64,000 nt of DNA from positions 15,438,001-15,502,000 of the forward strand of contig NW_024704755.1 in assembly GCF_018977255.1 (NCBI RefSeq). Direction: 5' to 3'. The notes under the pieces were generated by a model that saw only the letters and a program-made list of their open reading frames with translations, was not told where the DNA came from and did no database searches. This stretch comes from Callorhinchus milii. Lineage: Eukaryota. A program made the translations under genes and the position numbers. Within the stretch, counting starts at the first letter, position 1. Every line of letters starts with the position of its first letter. Below are positions 35,181-47,500 of this stretch, in pieces.

Positions 35181-37469
35181 GCAGAATTTCTTGGTTTACT
35201 ATCATGATAGACAGACAATCGTAGAATTTCTCGGCCGTTGCGAAGAGAATAAGGTCAGACACTGAAAGACATGATGTGCAGTTTTCTCACAGAGAGCTCC
35301 CTCTTTCCCCGAAGTCCTTCAGCCCCTCTCTTTCTCCCCATTCCTCCTCCAGTGACCTCCCAACCTGGTCAAAACTTTGGAACTCCCTCCCTCAACTACT
35401 TTGCCTCGCCTGCTCCTGCCCCATCTCGTCTGAAGACCTTCCTCTTCGACCACTCCTATGGTCAACATTCCCCTCCCGATGGCTTGGCCTCGGGATCCAC
35501 CTTGTTAAGTGCTATGAGACGCTGCATGCCATGGAGGGCACTATATAAATACAAGATATTGTTATTGTTGTTATGTTCAATTACAATGCATGATACACAG
35601 AATTTTGTTGGATATTTTAGGTGATTGGTATTACAGACACCACACAAAATTACAATAAAATCTTTATTCTTTGCAAAGCCATAGACGTCATCTTTAATAA
35701 ACACCAATAGCTCTATCTTAGCACAATAAAATATGTAATTTATGAGACTTGGCGATCAAGTCTTGGAAGCTCACACATGCCAGTGAGGGCAAGCAATGTA
35801 AAAAAAAACTTGAAAGGTTGGGTAGAATGAAAAATTGACTCAGATTTTGGTGACAAATTTGAAAGGTTTGTGAATCTAACAACAAATAACATGGTAGTCC
35901 AGGTTGTTTTGTAAATTACGCTATAACAGACAAATATATTATCTTTTAAAAGCTGAAAAATGTGAAGTGTTTAGGCTGGTCCAGTGAAATAGTACAAAAG
36001 GAATATAGAGAGAAGAGTACACGCCTTCTGGATCTTTTTGTTGAGAAAGCTCTGTGGGTACTGATACATAGATTAAAACCATCAACATCATTTTCGGCAG
36101 CGGGCAGAAAAGGGAAACTTGATCAACATTTGCTGTAGAACTGGACTCCATGATATGTCCCGAAATTATTTATGAAACACTATACTGTTTGCATTTGGTG
36201 TATTATATTATATTAGTAATTGTCAGTTTATTGGAGCCAAATTGACAAAACTGATATATAATATTTTGATCTGGGTCTGCATAGAATTTATGGGATATTG
36301 CTAATATTTAGTGGGTGAAAAACAAATGAGCGATTATATTCTAGATATGCTCCAACTCCTAAATGGTATAAATGAGATGTACTTAAATATGTGAGATATA
36401 GTATACCGGTCCATTATTTATAATCTTCTGTTACTTCCAGTCAGTGTACTTCCACCAGCAAAATTCAATCACCACTAATCATTTCTTCCTTACTTTATCT
36501 ATAACAAAACAAGAAGTGCAACTGTGAATATCACCAATCCTTTGATTTTATGATCATTTGTTCTGATTGCTGCTTGTGACACAAATGTAATTTACAATGA
36601 GGCTGCAAACGTAAAATGTTTAATTTTATTTTAAACGGCAGCTAAACATATTCAGACAAAGCAATTTACATTTATAACGCGCCTTTCAAGTTCGAAGGAC
36701 ATCTGAAAGCACTTGGCTCTGTTGATTGGGCGCACAAGCTGGAGATGGCAGCCAAAGTATTCGATATGACTGGCTGATTTAATTTGTCTCTAATATTATA
36801 TCAATATATTATAACACTGTTTATATTTTAAACTTATCTTCAAGAATGTTCAGCCTCACGGATGCAGAGATTATGAAGGACGATATTAACATTAATATGA
36901 TAACCAAGTGACAGATATGGAAGTTATTACATGAATATATTAATATATTGTTCAATTTTATTCCAGATAGGTGGAGATTCGGATGAGATATTTATATATC
37001 CACTGAATATTAGAGAATCCTCCAACATAAAAAANCCCTAATTTCCACATTCTAAACTGTATTGACCCAGTGACCAGCGAACAATATGAACTTGTATCCT
37101 TTTCATTGATAATTTTATGGGTTTTGACAGCAATGTAATAATTGTAAATGAAAAGGCAATGTCATTTTGAAACAAAGAAAGCCTTACGTTTCAAGTGGTT
37201 TTATTCTAATGTTGTCAACAGTGAAGATGGTCAACACTAACACTACCAAGAAACATAATATAAACCGAAAAATCATCATATTGTCGGACATTCCACCGTA
37301 ACCTGGAAAACAAAAATGGGATTGTAAAATGTTTACATTAAATCTACTGAATCATCAGGCTTTACAGGGGAAATGCACACATTCTTATTTAATTGCTATT
37401 GGAAGCTACAATGAGATGGATGAACATTATAAACTGAATTCAATTAATTGAAAATAATAGCGAATCATC

Positions 37470-37779
37470 GTGGAAATCAACGTACAGGGAGATCCTCAGT
37501 GATGTTATGGAGAAAACTTTATATATTACGTGGTAACTGTTCCTCTGAGACTGTTTACTCAGCTTCAAATGACCAGATAGAAGCGTCTTCCAACCCAAGG
37601 CATCGAGAAGTGGACGCCATCGTAACCAAACTGATCGCATTGGAAATATACTATCATATCCCAGTTTTAACTTCACTGCCATCTTTATTCCAATTGAGCG
37701 TTAAATCTCCCAGATTAAACGCAGCTGCTTTTGATCAATCTCTTTCAGATTTTCTGGGAAATGTTTTCAGCAATGCAGG
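37470..37779 (-). pseudogene. Decayed second C1 exon (relic)
   Basis: Matches the C1 5' half (CTGAAAACATTTCCCAGA..TGGAATAAAGATGGCAGTGAAGTTAAAACTGGGATA) with stops and a deletion. Paralogs at 62300-62543 and 9590-9755. Confidence 0.6.
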
Positions 37780-38169
37780 CTGTAGAATGTTATTTTACAA
37801 ATATTTCAATGGAGTATTCTGCAAGAAACTCACAAACTCACAAACTCGGACCCTAAATAATGGCTTCCAGCAACTGTCATCCCAAATCTCAGTTTCCTTA
37901 TCAGCTATCGGATGACGTATTCCTTCAGCTTGGTGGAAGGACCTTTACAGACAGCTTGCGACACACCAAGCACATCAATGTTCTCAGGATCCAAATCCAA
38001 TTCCATGTAAGTGTGTTATTCAGCACAAGATGCTTTATCCATACACTCGAGTCAGGTCTTAACACCCTTGGGTCATTCTTACATAAATAAAAGCAATGGA
38101 GGACGAAACACACTGAGATGCTACCCTGCATGAGGGGCGTTGTATCAATGCAAGATCATAAGGCAGTAC

Positions 38170-38760
38170 ATTGCTCGTTAACAGTGAGTAAGGCAAACCA
38201 GATGCTGGATTATATTGAAAAGCAATATTGAGCTGAAATAATGGGGTAATTTTGCCACTTTATAAACCACTGGTGAAACCACACTTGGAATACTGTGAGC
38301 AGTTCTGCTCTCTGCCATATAAAAAGGATACAGTTGTGATTGAGAGGACACAGAGGAGGGCGACCAGAATAACTGAGGGGATGGAGGGACTGGACTACGA
38401 GGAGCAACTCGTTAAACTGGGTGTGTTCATGATGGAGAAGAGAAGGTTGAGGGGCCATATGATTAGTGTCTATAAGATTCTGAAGAGATGAGATAATGTA
38501 GACCATGATAAGCTGTTTAATCTTGTACTGAACAATAGAACCAGATGACACAGCCTACGATTGACGGGGGCAAATTCAGAACAAGTCTGAGGGAACACTA
38601 CTTCAGTGAGCGAGTAGTAAAATTATGGAACACGCTCACTAGGTAGTGGTGTAAACAGCGTGTCATTTGTTTCAAAAACAAATGAGATAGATTTCTACTA
38701 GAAAATAATATCTTGGGAAACAGTATGCAGTATACAGGAAACAGCTTGGCACCCAACATA
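38170..38760 (+). mobile_element. CR1 3' fragment
   Basis: ORF 38252-38491: LYKPLVKPHLEYCEQF...IERTQRRATR...LDYEEQLVKLG...EKRRLRGHMI. Confidence 0.75.
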
Positions 38761-41574
38761 TTAAATGACTGCCATGAGTTAACTTATTCTAGTTTAGAAT
38801 AAAATATGTAATTCATGAGACCTGACGATCAAGTCTCGGTAGTTCACACCTGTCAGTGAGTGCAATGTAGGGGGAGCTCTAGGACAGACAATGGAGCAGA
38901 ATCAAGTTTCTGGTGATCAGTAGACAGATTAAACTTTATTCACAATTGAGTGTTTTGATCTTTTATTTGGAATAATGTGTTCAGTTTAGGGCCCTAAACT
39001 TTAAGAGATATACTAACCTGGAGGTTGAGGGGTTGGAGAGTGGGGAGGGGTTGTGGGGGTCTAAAATACTACAGACGTGTCCTTCTGGTAGAGGAATAAA
39101 AAACAAGGAGACAAAATATGAACATTGTAACTAAACCCCTCAGTGAAGTGGAATTTATCTCCAGAATATTGTGAAATTATGGTTTAAACGCACTGCCACC
39201 ATTTTAGAGTAACAACAACCTGCATATATATAGCACCCTTCACACAGGATAATTTCACCATAATTGGAGATATAATAAAAACCTTCCCATTCACACCACC
39301 ATTAATTCGATTTCGCTGTTTTTATTTACATTTTTTATATTTCCAATTAATTTACCACAGTTACAATATTTACTTCGAAATAATTTCATGGCTGTTTGTG
39401 GAACATTGCTGGGCGCAATTTGATCAGAATATCTGAAACTTCTGAGTTTCGTATAAAGAGTAACAATCATTTTAATAATAATCCTTCTATTTAATGTAGC
39501 TCCTAATGGTGCTGTTGAGACATCTCAAAGTGCTTCACAGAATATATATCAGTGCATTCACTGAGTATTTGTGCTCAGAATTCAGTAAATCAGTAAATTT
39601 TAATTGCTTGGTCCATAGGTGCAAGAGATTTGGAAGAATAATTATCCTAAAATTAATTTTTATCTATGAGAGAGCTTTTCACGTCGAGAGGAAATCTCAA
39701 AGCATTTCACAGGATTCACTGTAATGTTTGGCGATTTTGCAGTTTGTGGAGGAACCTATAGTTCCGCTACAAACAGTAGAGCTACTGTAACATGACATGT
39801 GACTGCCAGGATGGTGGAAGGCGAACTAGGTGGATCTTGATCTTCTTTTGCCTTGCAAATTCTTATATTCTAAAGCTCTTATAGCAGCCAGTTTTCCACA
39901 CAGCAATGGACCACAAATATTCATGAAGCAAATAACCAAACTTCTCTGAGTGATTCATTGCACAGACATATCAAAGAAGAATATCTCTTTATTTTCGAAT
40001 AGTAACACGGGAACCTTAATGTCCACCTCAGGAGGCAGAAGGGTCCTTTTTTAATATCTGATCGAAAGACCGGGAAGTCATAGTGTGATCCCTCAGCATC
40101 GCATTGGATTGTCAGTGGGACAATCTGAATAAATGCGTTCAGGATCAACTAACATATCAAACAGAGTAAAAGTTCCACTTACGTTGTTGGGTGGGGTGGG
40201 GGGAGTTGGGGGAGATATAAATGTTTGAAAGCATTGCTTGAAGCAATTATTATGCAAATCAAAACAAATTCAATACAAAATTACATTTGTATAGCACCTT
40301 TCACCTCGGTAGGATGACCCAATCATAAAATCATAGAATTACACAGCACAGAAGGACATGATTCTGCCAATCGTGTCTGTGACAGCTCTTTGAAAAGAGC
40401 TTCCAAATCCCACTCCCCTGCACACTCCTTATAGTCCTGTAAACTTGTCCTCCTCAGATAATTATCTACTCTCTTAAAATTTGTTATCGAATTGGCTTCC
40501 ATCATCCTTTCAGGCAATGCTTTCCAGATCTGAATAACTCGCGACGTGAAAAAATTCACTTTAAATATTTTGAAACTCTTTTCCTTTATTGTTTTGTAGT
40601 TAAACTATGCTATAGTAAAATTACAATGCCACCATTAGAGAAAGATAAGGAAAAGCATCACTCGCTATCATTGTGATCTGTTGTTGAGTGTCTCCCTGAA
40701 CCAGTTGCTGGGTATAACAAATGTTTCCTGATTGATTAATATGAAATATCTTGCAATGACTTATGACTTCTTGGGTCTGTGGTTCAAAAATGAGTTGGAT
40801 GCGATTGGAAACAAAAGTGTTTTTGATTAGTAAGTAGAATCACTCCTCAGATTATCAGGACAAAGGGTGGTTAAATATTGCAATGACTTTTGTTTTCTGC
40901 GTATTGCATTATTTCTTAATTTTCATAGAAATCATTCACATTTATAATAAGTAACCAGATGATACTAAAGCTGAATTGCAGAGCTAAGGAAACAACATTC
41001 TCTTCAGTTTAATAATAATAATCATTGAATTTGATAGAGCGCCTTATCACGTTGTTGAGACTTCTTAAATTTCTTCACAGAATATATTGTCAACTTTAGA
41101 TTTTGTGGGCGAAAAGTGATTATAATAAAGTTTAGTTTGTTGTAGCATAAAATTGATATTAAAACAATATTTACCAACAATTTTAGGCTACACCACGAGA
41201 ATCTGACAAAACAAATGAAAGAAAACGGAGTCCATGGAGTGATCTTTAAGACAATTGCGAAGATTGGATTAAATTAAAGTTATGACCAAATGTATAATAT
41301 TTAATCTGGAACTTTAGCTGTTAATCATTGAATGCATTACCATATTGAATGTCTTTCTATATTGTCTTGAAAGCTATTCAAAATCATGAATACAAACCTG
41401 ATGATTTCAGTAACAATATATTATATATCAAGTTACAAAAATATTTAGTGGAAGTTTGACGATAGATATGACAGATATAAAATGTATTTTTTCCATTGTT
41501 ACAGCAACATTTATGTTCCTTACAACTACTACAATCAGGTGAACAGCTTCTCTCTATAAACACAATTTAATATG

Positions 41575-43020
41575 TAGCTCTGGTAAGGCCTCAGCTAGAG
41601 ACTGTGTTCATTTCTGGGCACCACACTTTAGGAAGGATGTCAAGGCACTGTTGAGGTTGCAAAGGAGATTGATCAGATTGTACTGGGAATGAGGGACGTC
41701 AGTTATCAAGAGAGGCTAGAGAAGCTAGGAGTATTCTCCTCGGAGCAGAGAAGGTTAAGAGGAGAAACTATAACCAATGGCTTGCTCGTCCGGAGATGTA
41801 CCTTTGATGGAGGCAAGGGAGGGAATGTGGGATGGAGTACCAAAGTTTGGGGTAGAGAGGGTGAAGGCCCAACGGCCGATGGTGGGGTATGTGCAGCAGG
41901 CCAGAGCCCACTGAGCGAGAGAGTGGACAAATTGATAAGGGGTTAGCAGTTCACAGAGTAAGGAAGGGGCAAAGCCACGGAGGGCCTCGAAAGCGAGAGT
42001 GAGGGTTTTGAACTCTATCCGCTGTAAGGTTTGCCATAACACCAGTTTACTCAATACAAGTTGACACAATGATTCAAAGAAAAGGTCTTTATTCACACAC
42101 AAGCAGCAGCAGTCTTTGCATTTATTCTGATATATTATCACATCAGTATACATTTTTATCCAACGTAACAATAGAAATGTATATTACATGTGATAACACC
42201 ACACTCCAACTGGAGAAAGCAGTCCTTCCTTACGGAATACACTCCTCCTGGTCTCGAGTGTTTCTGCATACCTCTTCTACTTTGAGCTTTTATTTGTCAT
42301 CCACTATTTTCAGCGCTGAATCTGCATACATTCATCCTTTTAATAATTATGTGTTACTTCTCTAAATCTCTCAGCACTACTACTCTCTTCCTGCCTCACG
42401 GATTTCAAGAAGGCTTTCTGCAGTAGGTGCAACCACATTTATCTAATCCCTTGATCATGCGCCATCCCCTAATAACCCCTCCTGATCTTGTCTCATTCCT
42501 TTGCCCCAAGCTTGATTCGCAAGTCTAACCCTTGGCCCCATTCTGAAACAGCTCTACTATTTGATGTTTCCCCTATCTCTGCACCTCTGAGGGATGGAGA
42601 AACAGTGCAACCGGGCAAGGGAGGTGGTGATTGGGTCACAGAACCAGGTGCAGGAGAGAACACGAGCTGCAGAGTTCTGGGTGATCTGCAGCTCGTGCAG
42701 GGAAGAGATGGGAAGGCCAAGAAGCAGGGAGTTGGTGTCATTGAGTCTAGATGTAATGAAAGTGAGAATGAGGGTTTCAGTGGCCTGAAGGCTGAAGCAT
42801 TGGCAGAGGCAGGTGATATTGTGGACGTGGTTGAAGGCAGATCGGGTCATGGCACGAATGCGGGGGAGAAAGGACTTTTGAGGTTCAAACAAGATGCCAG
42901 GTGCCTGACTGGCTTAGTGAGGTGGAATATACATCCTTAGATGGTGATGCTGCCTTTGCCTAAAGTGTGGAGTCGCTGACAGGAGCCAATCAGGAGGGCC
43001 TCGTTGTTGTTCACGTTCAA
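41575..43020. mobile_element. Cluster of CR1 (+, about 41575-41775) and L2 (-, about 41775-42030 and 42420-43020) fragments
   Basis: MRDVSYQERLEKLGVFSSEQRRLRG; QRIEFKTLTLAF; ITSRLNDTNSLLLG...QNSAARVL. Confidence 0.65.
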
Positions 43021-44514
43021 CCGTAAGAAGCGAACTCTAACCCAGGCCTTGTCCTGCCTTGATTCGATTCCAACATTCATTTGCCATCAAGTCACATTGA
43101 ACCCAACTCAGCCAAAATGAGACAATGTTTGCTTCCTCCCTCCAAGGACAGTCACTGATTGGCAAATAGACATTCATCGAGCACAGGATTTAGTCTGCGC
43201 TGAATGGATAATAGATACCAGCAAAAAGCTGCAAACCTCTTAGTGAGCAGAACAACTAAGCATTAGATGTGTTTCAGCATAGCCTCCGCTCTCCTATGCC
43301 TCATGGGATCTCTTCGTACCTACTGAGCGATGACTGAAGCATTGAGTAAATCAACAAACACCACATTCAAGATGTTTTCTTTTCAAGCTACAAATGCAGC
43401 CATATCAGTTTAAAGTATAGCCTCTGAGGTGCTTTGATATATTGCGATGATTGGTTAAGACACATTTTCAAATTTGTAGATTATAAATAGATAGGAGTGT
43501 GAAGTAAACCAAACCCACTGTGCATTTCAGACTTCACCTGTAGTGAACCAAGACAAAGGCGAAGAGGTGCAGAATGATATACCTCTACGTTTTCACATAA
43601 AATATGCAAAATGTGCACAATATCTACAGCCACTTCACTACTCTTTGAGAAGCAATTCATAGAAACGCCGCTCATAGATGGAATATCAACTGTGCTCTAT
43701 TTTTAATCTGAGTGAGCGAATGTCTTGCAATGGAATCATTTTTGATATTTTCAAATACAGCAGAACAATTAGAGTTTCATCACTTAGTTGTTTCATGTTG
43801 ATTTTTTTTTGCAATTCAAACACATTTCAACAGTTCAACGCCCACGCATTAACTTTTCACAGATTTGTATGAATTGCGCCATATTTTGTTGACCTGCTTT
43901 TACAGTAACCCATACCACCTGTTTTTTTTTACTAATGTTGATGAGGCAGAGTGACCAGAGGAGATGGATTCACGCAATTTATGCTTATTTTTATTGTAAG
44001 GCTGATTCAACATGTTGTACAAAACAGAAGTTCCTATCTTTATTTTCAGGTTCTAGTTTTGTAGCAGTTAAAGGGCATAACAAACCATACAACTAACTGG
44101 TTACATTTAAAAACGTTATCAGACAAACACAAAAAAACTTGTTCTCAATTAAGTATGGTTATAAAGATAACGTAACCAATATTTTCCAAAAATTTTCCTA
44201 AAGACAAATCATGTAACAAACTAATCAATACACTTATGGTTGAAACAGGAGCAAAGAGCATTGCAGCACGAGACCAATGTGGCACATCATTGGGTAAATT
44301 GGAAAAATACATTCAATATACACCAATATCAGTTTCTGCCCCTGTTGCATTACTTGGAACTTGGTTCCCTGCAGATAGCCTCTGCTGCTCCACCGTGGTT
44401 TCTCACATGGAGCTCTGCATACGCTGTATCCTTAAGGTATCTTTTAGGTTTTCCTGGTTTTTTGGGTGAATGTGTATCCAGATCATCACACGTCAGATTG
44501 TTCCTGGCTGCCCT

Positions 44515-47500
44515 TTACTTGGTCTAAAAAGTCAATGTTTGAGAATTTAATTACATTAATTAGTTTTTCCTCAGTTGTCAGAAATCCACTCGAGTTTATT
44601 ATTTGCAGCACCGCTTGCAACATAGTTACATTAGAATACATAGAATACATTAGAATATACAGCACAGGAGCAGGCCATTTGGCCCAACTGGTCTATGCCA
44701 ATGTTTATGTTCCACATGAGCCCCCTCCTGAGAAAAGTGTGCAAGCGTGTTCAGCCTTTCCTCTCAGTTCTGGGATCATCCTCGTGAATCTCATTTGTAC
44801 CCTCTACATCCCTTCTTTAATGTGGGGACCAGAACTGTACACAATATAAGTGTGATCTATCGAAGGTTCTATAGAAGTTTACCATAACTTCCCTGCTTTT
44901 CATTTCTATCCCTCAAGAAATCAAGCCCAATGCCTGGTTTGCCTTTTTTATGGCCTTATTAAACTGCGTGGCTAGTTTTCGTGAATTGTGCATATGTAGC
45001 CCAAGATTCCTTTGCACCTCTAACGCATTTAGGTTTTCATTTTCCAGGATGTATGTGACTTCCTTATTCCTTCTCTCAAAATGTACCACCTCACATTTTT
45101 TTACATTGAAATGCATTTGCCATTTAAATGCCTATTCAGCAAGTTTATTAATGTCAAGCTGTAATCGTTTTGCAGTTCTCCTCTGTATTAACTATTTCCC
45201 CCTATTTGGTGTTGTCTGCGAATTTTGAAATCATTCTTCTGATTCCTGAGTCGAAACAGTGGTCCCAATACCGATCGCTGTGGAAAACCACTGCACATCC
45301 TCTGCCAATCATTTAATAAAGGAACTGATCCTCACAAAACTGAGCTAAACAGAATGCAGTGGCAACAATTCTGTTCCTTATTGGATTCGTTGCGCATCAA
45401 AACCAACCATGGGTTTGGAACGAAAAGTGAAAATCAGCCCAGGTAGCAGTTGTTCAAATGATTGCTAAACAATGGCAGATTGGTTCCATCATTTCATAGA
45501 CAAGTTCAGCGACACAGAGAGAAAAGATCAGTGGAGAAAGCAAGATTAACCACAGAAATATACAAGCTAGTTTATAATAAACAATCAAGTGAGATCCAGC
45601 ATACATAATGCAGTAAATTCTCAGTTATACCTGGGCGTACACAGTTCTCTCGTCTTGTTTGTTATTTCTGGGAGTTTTCTTGCAATGATTCAAATCCACT
45701 TTGGCATAAGTCACCGGCTCATTCTTTGCTCCCTGCAGCGTCTGTAAAACAGAATTGGATAGATCGTTGGCTTCACTACTAGTCTGGAGAGTCTTGTATA
45801 AGTATTAATCAAAAATGCCTGTAAGAATATTAAATATTTAACATATAGCTTCCAAATATTTTACCAGTGAAAATCACCAGTGTAGCAGTTGTTCATTGAA
45901 TTATGGAAATATGGGCTGTGCATTTCCCAGTGCCTCATAGATTGACACAGACAATACATAATCTTACACAAGAAAAATAACTATTTGACTACACAGTAGC
46001 GGATTGTTACCATCATATCACAGCCCAGGATGGCGCCAGAAAGTGAAGATTAGAGGACAAGGAAAGATTAACCACAAAAATGTACAAACTATCTTACAGT
46101 AAACACTGAAGTGAGTCCCACTCTTTACCGAAGCAAGAAAGTTCAATTGGATAGAAAAGGTTTCTGTTTTGATTTACTGTTTTGATATACCTGGGCGTAC
46201 ACAGTCCTCTCCTCTTGTTTTTTAGGTCTTGGAGTTTTCTTGGAATTATTCAAATTCAATGCAACATAAGCCACCGGCTCGTTCTCTACTCCGCGCTTTG
46301 TCTGTAAAACAGAATGTGATCACAACAAGAAAAATACATGACATTTCTATTGTGCCATGCAAGTTGGAATGACATCCTATGGCACTGATAGGTTGTTGAC
46401 TTTACCGTTTTGAAAATTGTTGTGGAAGTACTGATCAGAAAGGCCTCGAGAGTAAATCTTTTCATTGAAGTTGACAATATTTAACATATAGCTTCCATAT
46501 GTTTTACAAGCAGTTATAGTTTTATTAATATTCTGTCATCATTGCATGAAAGTTTGCGCGTAATGTTTCAATAATACATTGAGGCCATGTAAATGCATGT
46601 ATGGAATATATTTAAAATGTTGTTATTTCTTAATCGTGAACAATATCTTTCCATTACAAGTATTCTGTTTTCAGCTGAAACGTCTGCTGAAATGATTTTA
46701 ACACATTTACCTGTTCTTCGCAATAGCCCGATCTGTTCTGGTGACTGCGTGAGCCTTAGAAAGAAATTCAATACATGAAGTATTCACTCAATATCCACGT
46801 AAATAATTTCAAATATATTTTGTTCTGACCAAATGAAAAGCGATTCGAAGCCCACAAATGGCCAAAGTCTGCTTGTAAAAAACGTAGTCGTCTTCCAGAA
46901 AACTGCCATTCTTTATTGACGATTAAGGCTGCCCATCTCAACAGCATCAATCCACGAGACATGAATAGTGCTATAGAAATGTGAATTTATATTGTACCAT
47001 TAAATATTTCCATACATCCCTATGGTAAATATTTCCCTTACTCGCTTGTTTCCCTATTTAAAAAAAATGAACTCTTTTGTCACATTTTCCAGGAATATCT
47101 TGAAAATGGCACGCAATCTACTGTTGAGAAATCGTGTTTTACCACATTGGGAACAGAATCCTGAGTTCTACAATTGCATTTCTGCTGATACCTGATGCTT
47201 TTTTTTTCACCATTATATACACAATCTGGATTTTGGTATTTCGGGAACAATTTCTAAGTTTGCTGATTAGAAAAAAGTGCTAGAGTGAAGAAGATCGAAA
47301 TTTGATTGAAGAGATATAAGAGCCAGCAGATTGCACAGAGACTGAGAGATGGCAGGTGAAACTGGACATTTTGGGATGTGAAAGGCGGAATCTGCATTTT
47401 CTAAAATAATGCATTTTCTAAAATTTATTGATGGTAGCGGTAAGCGGAAAAACAGGTGAATGACACGTGAATTCTTTGAAGAGCGAACAGAGAGACTATG

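Larger units (their letters stand above)
37188..40671 (-). pseudogene. Gene C: activating-type pseudogene with V and C1 exons deleted
   Basis: Leader remnant with ATG at 40671 but no donor. V replaced by a CR1 fragment (40318-40556). C1 deleted right at its acceptor region (about 38880). Arg-TM exon 37188-37302 is open (GYGGMSDNMMIFRFILCFLVVLVLTIFTVDNIRIKPLE). The candidate terminal-exon acceptor is mutated. Confidence 0.75.

Noticed and set aside
35939-36151. Signal-peptide-like ORF MESSSTANVDQVSLFCPLPKMMLMVL (paralogs at 60739-60921 and about 8100-8300)
   Set aside because: The copies differ by frameshifts and lack consistent splice sites; similarity is explained by cassette duplication of the 3' flank.
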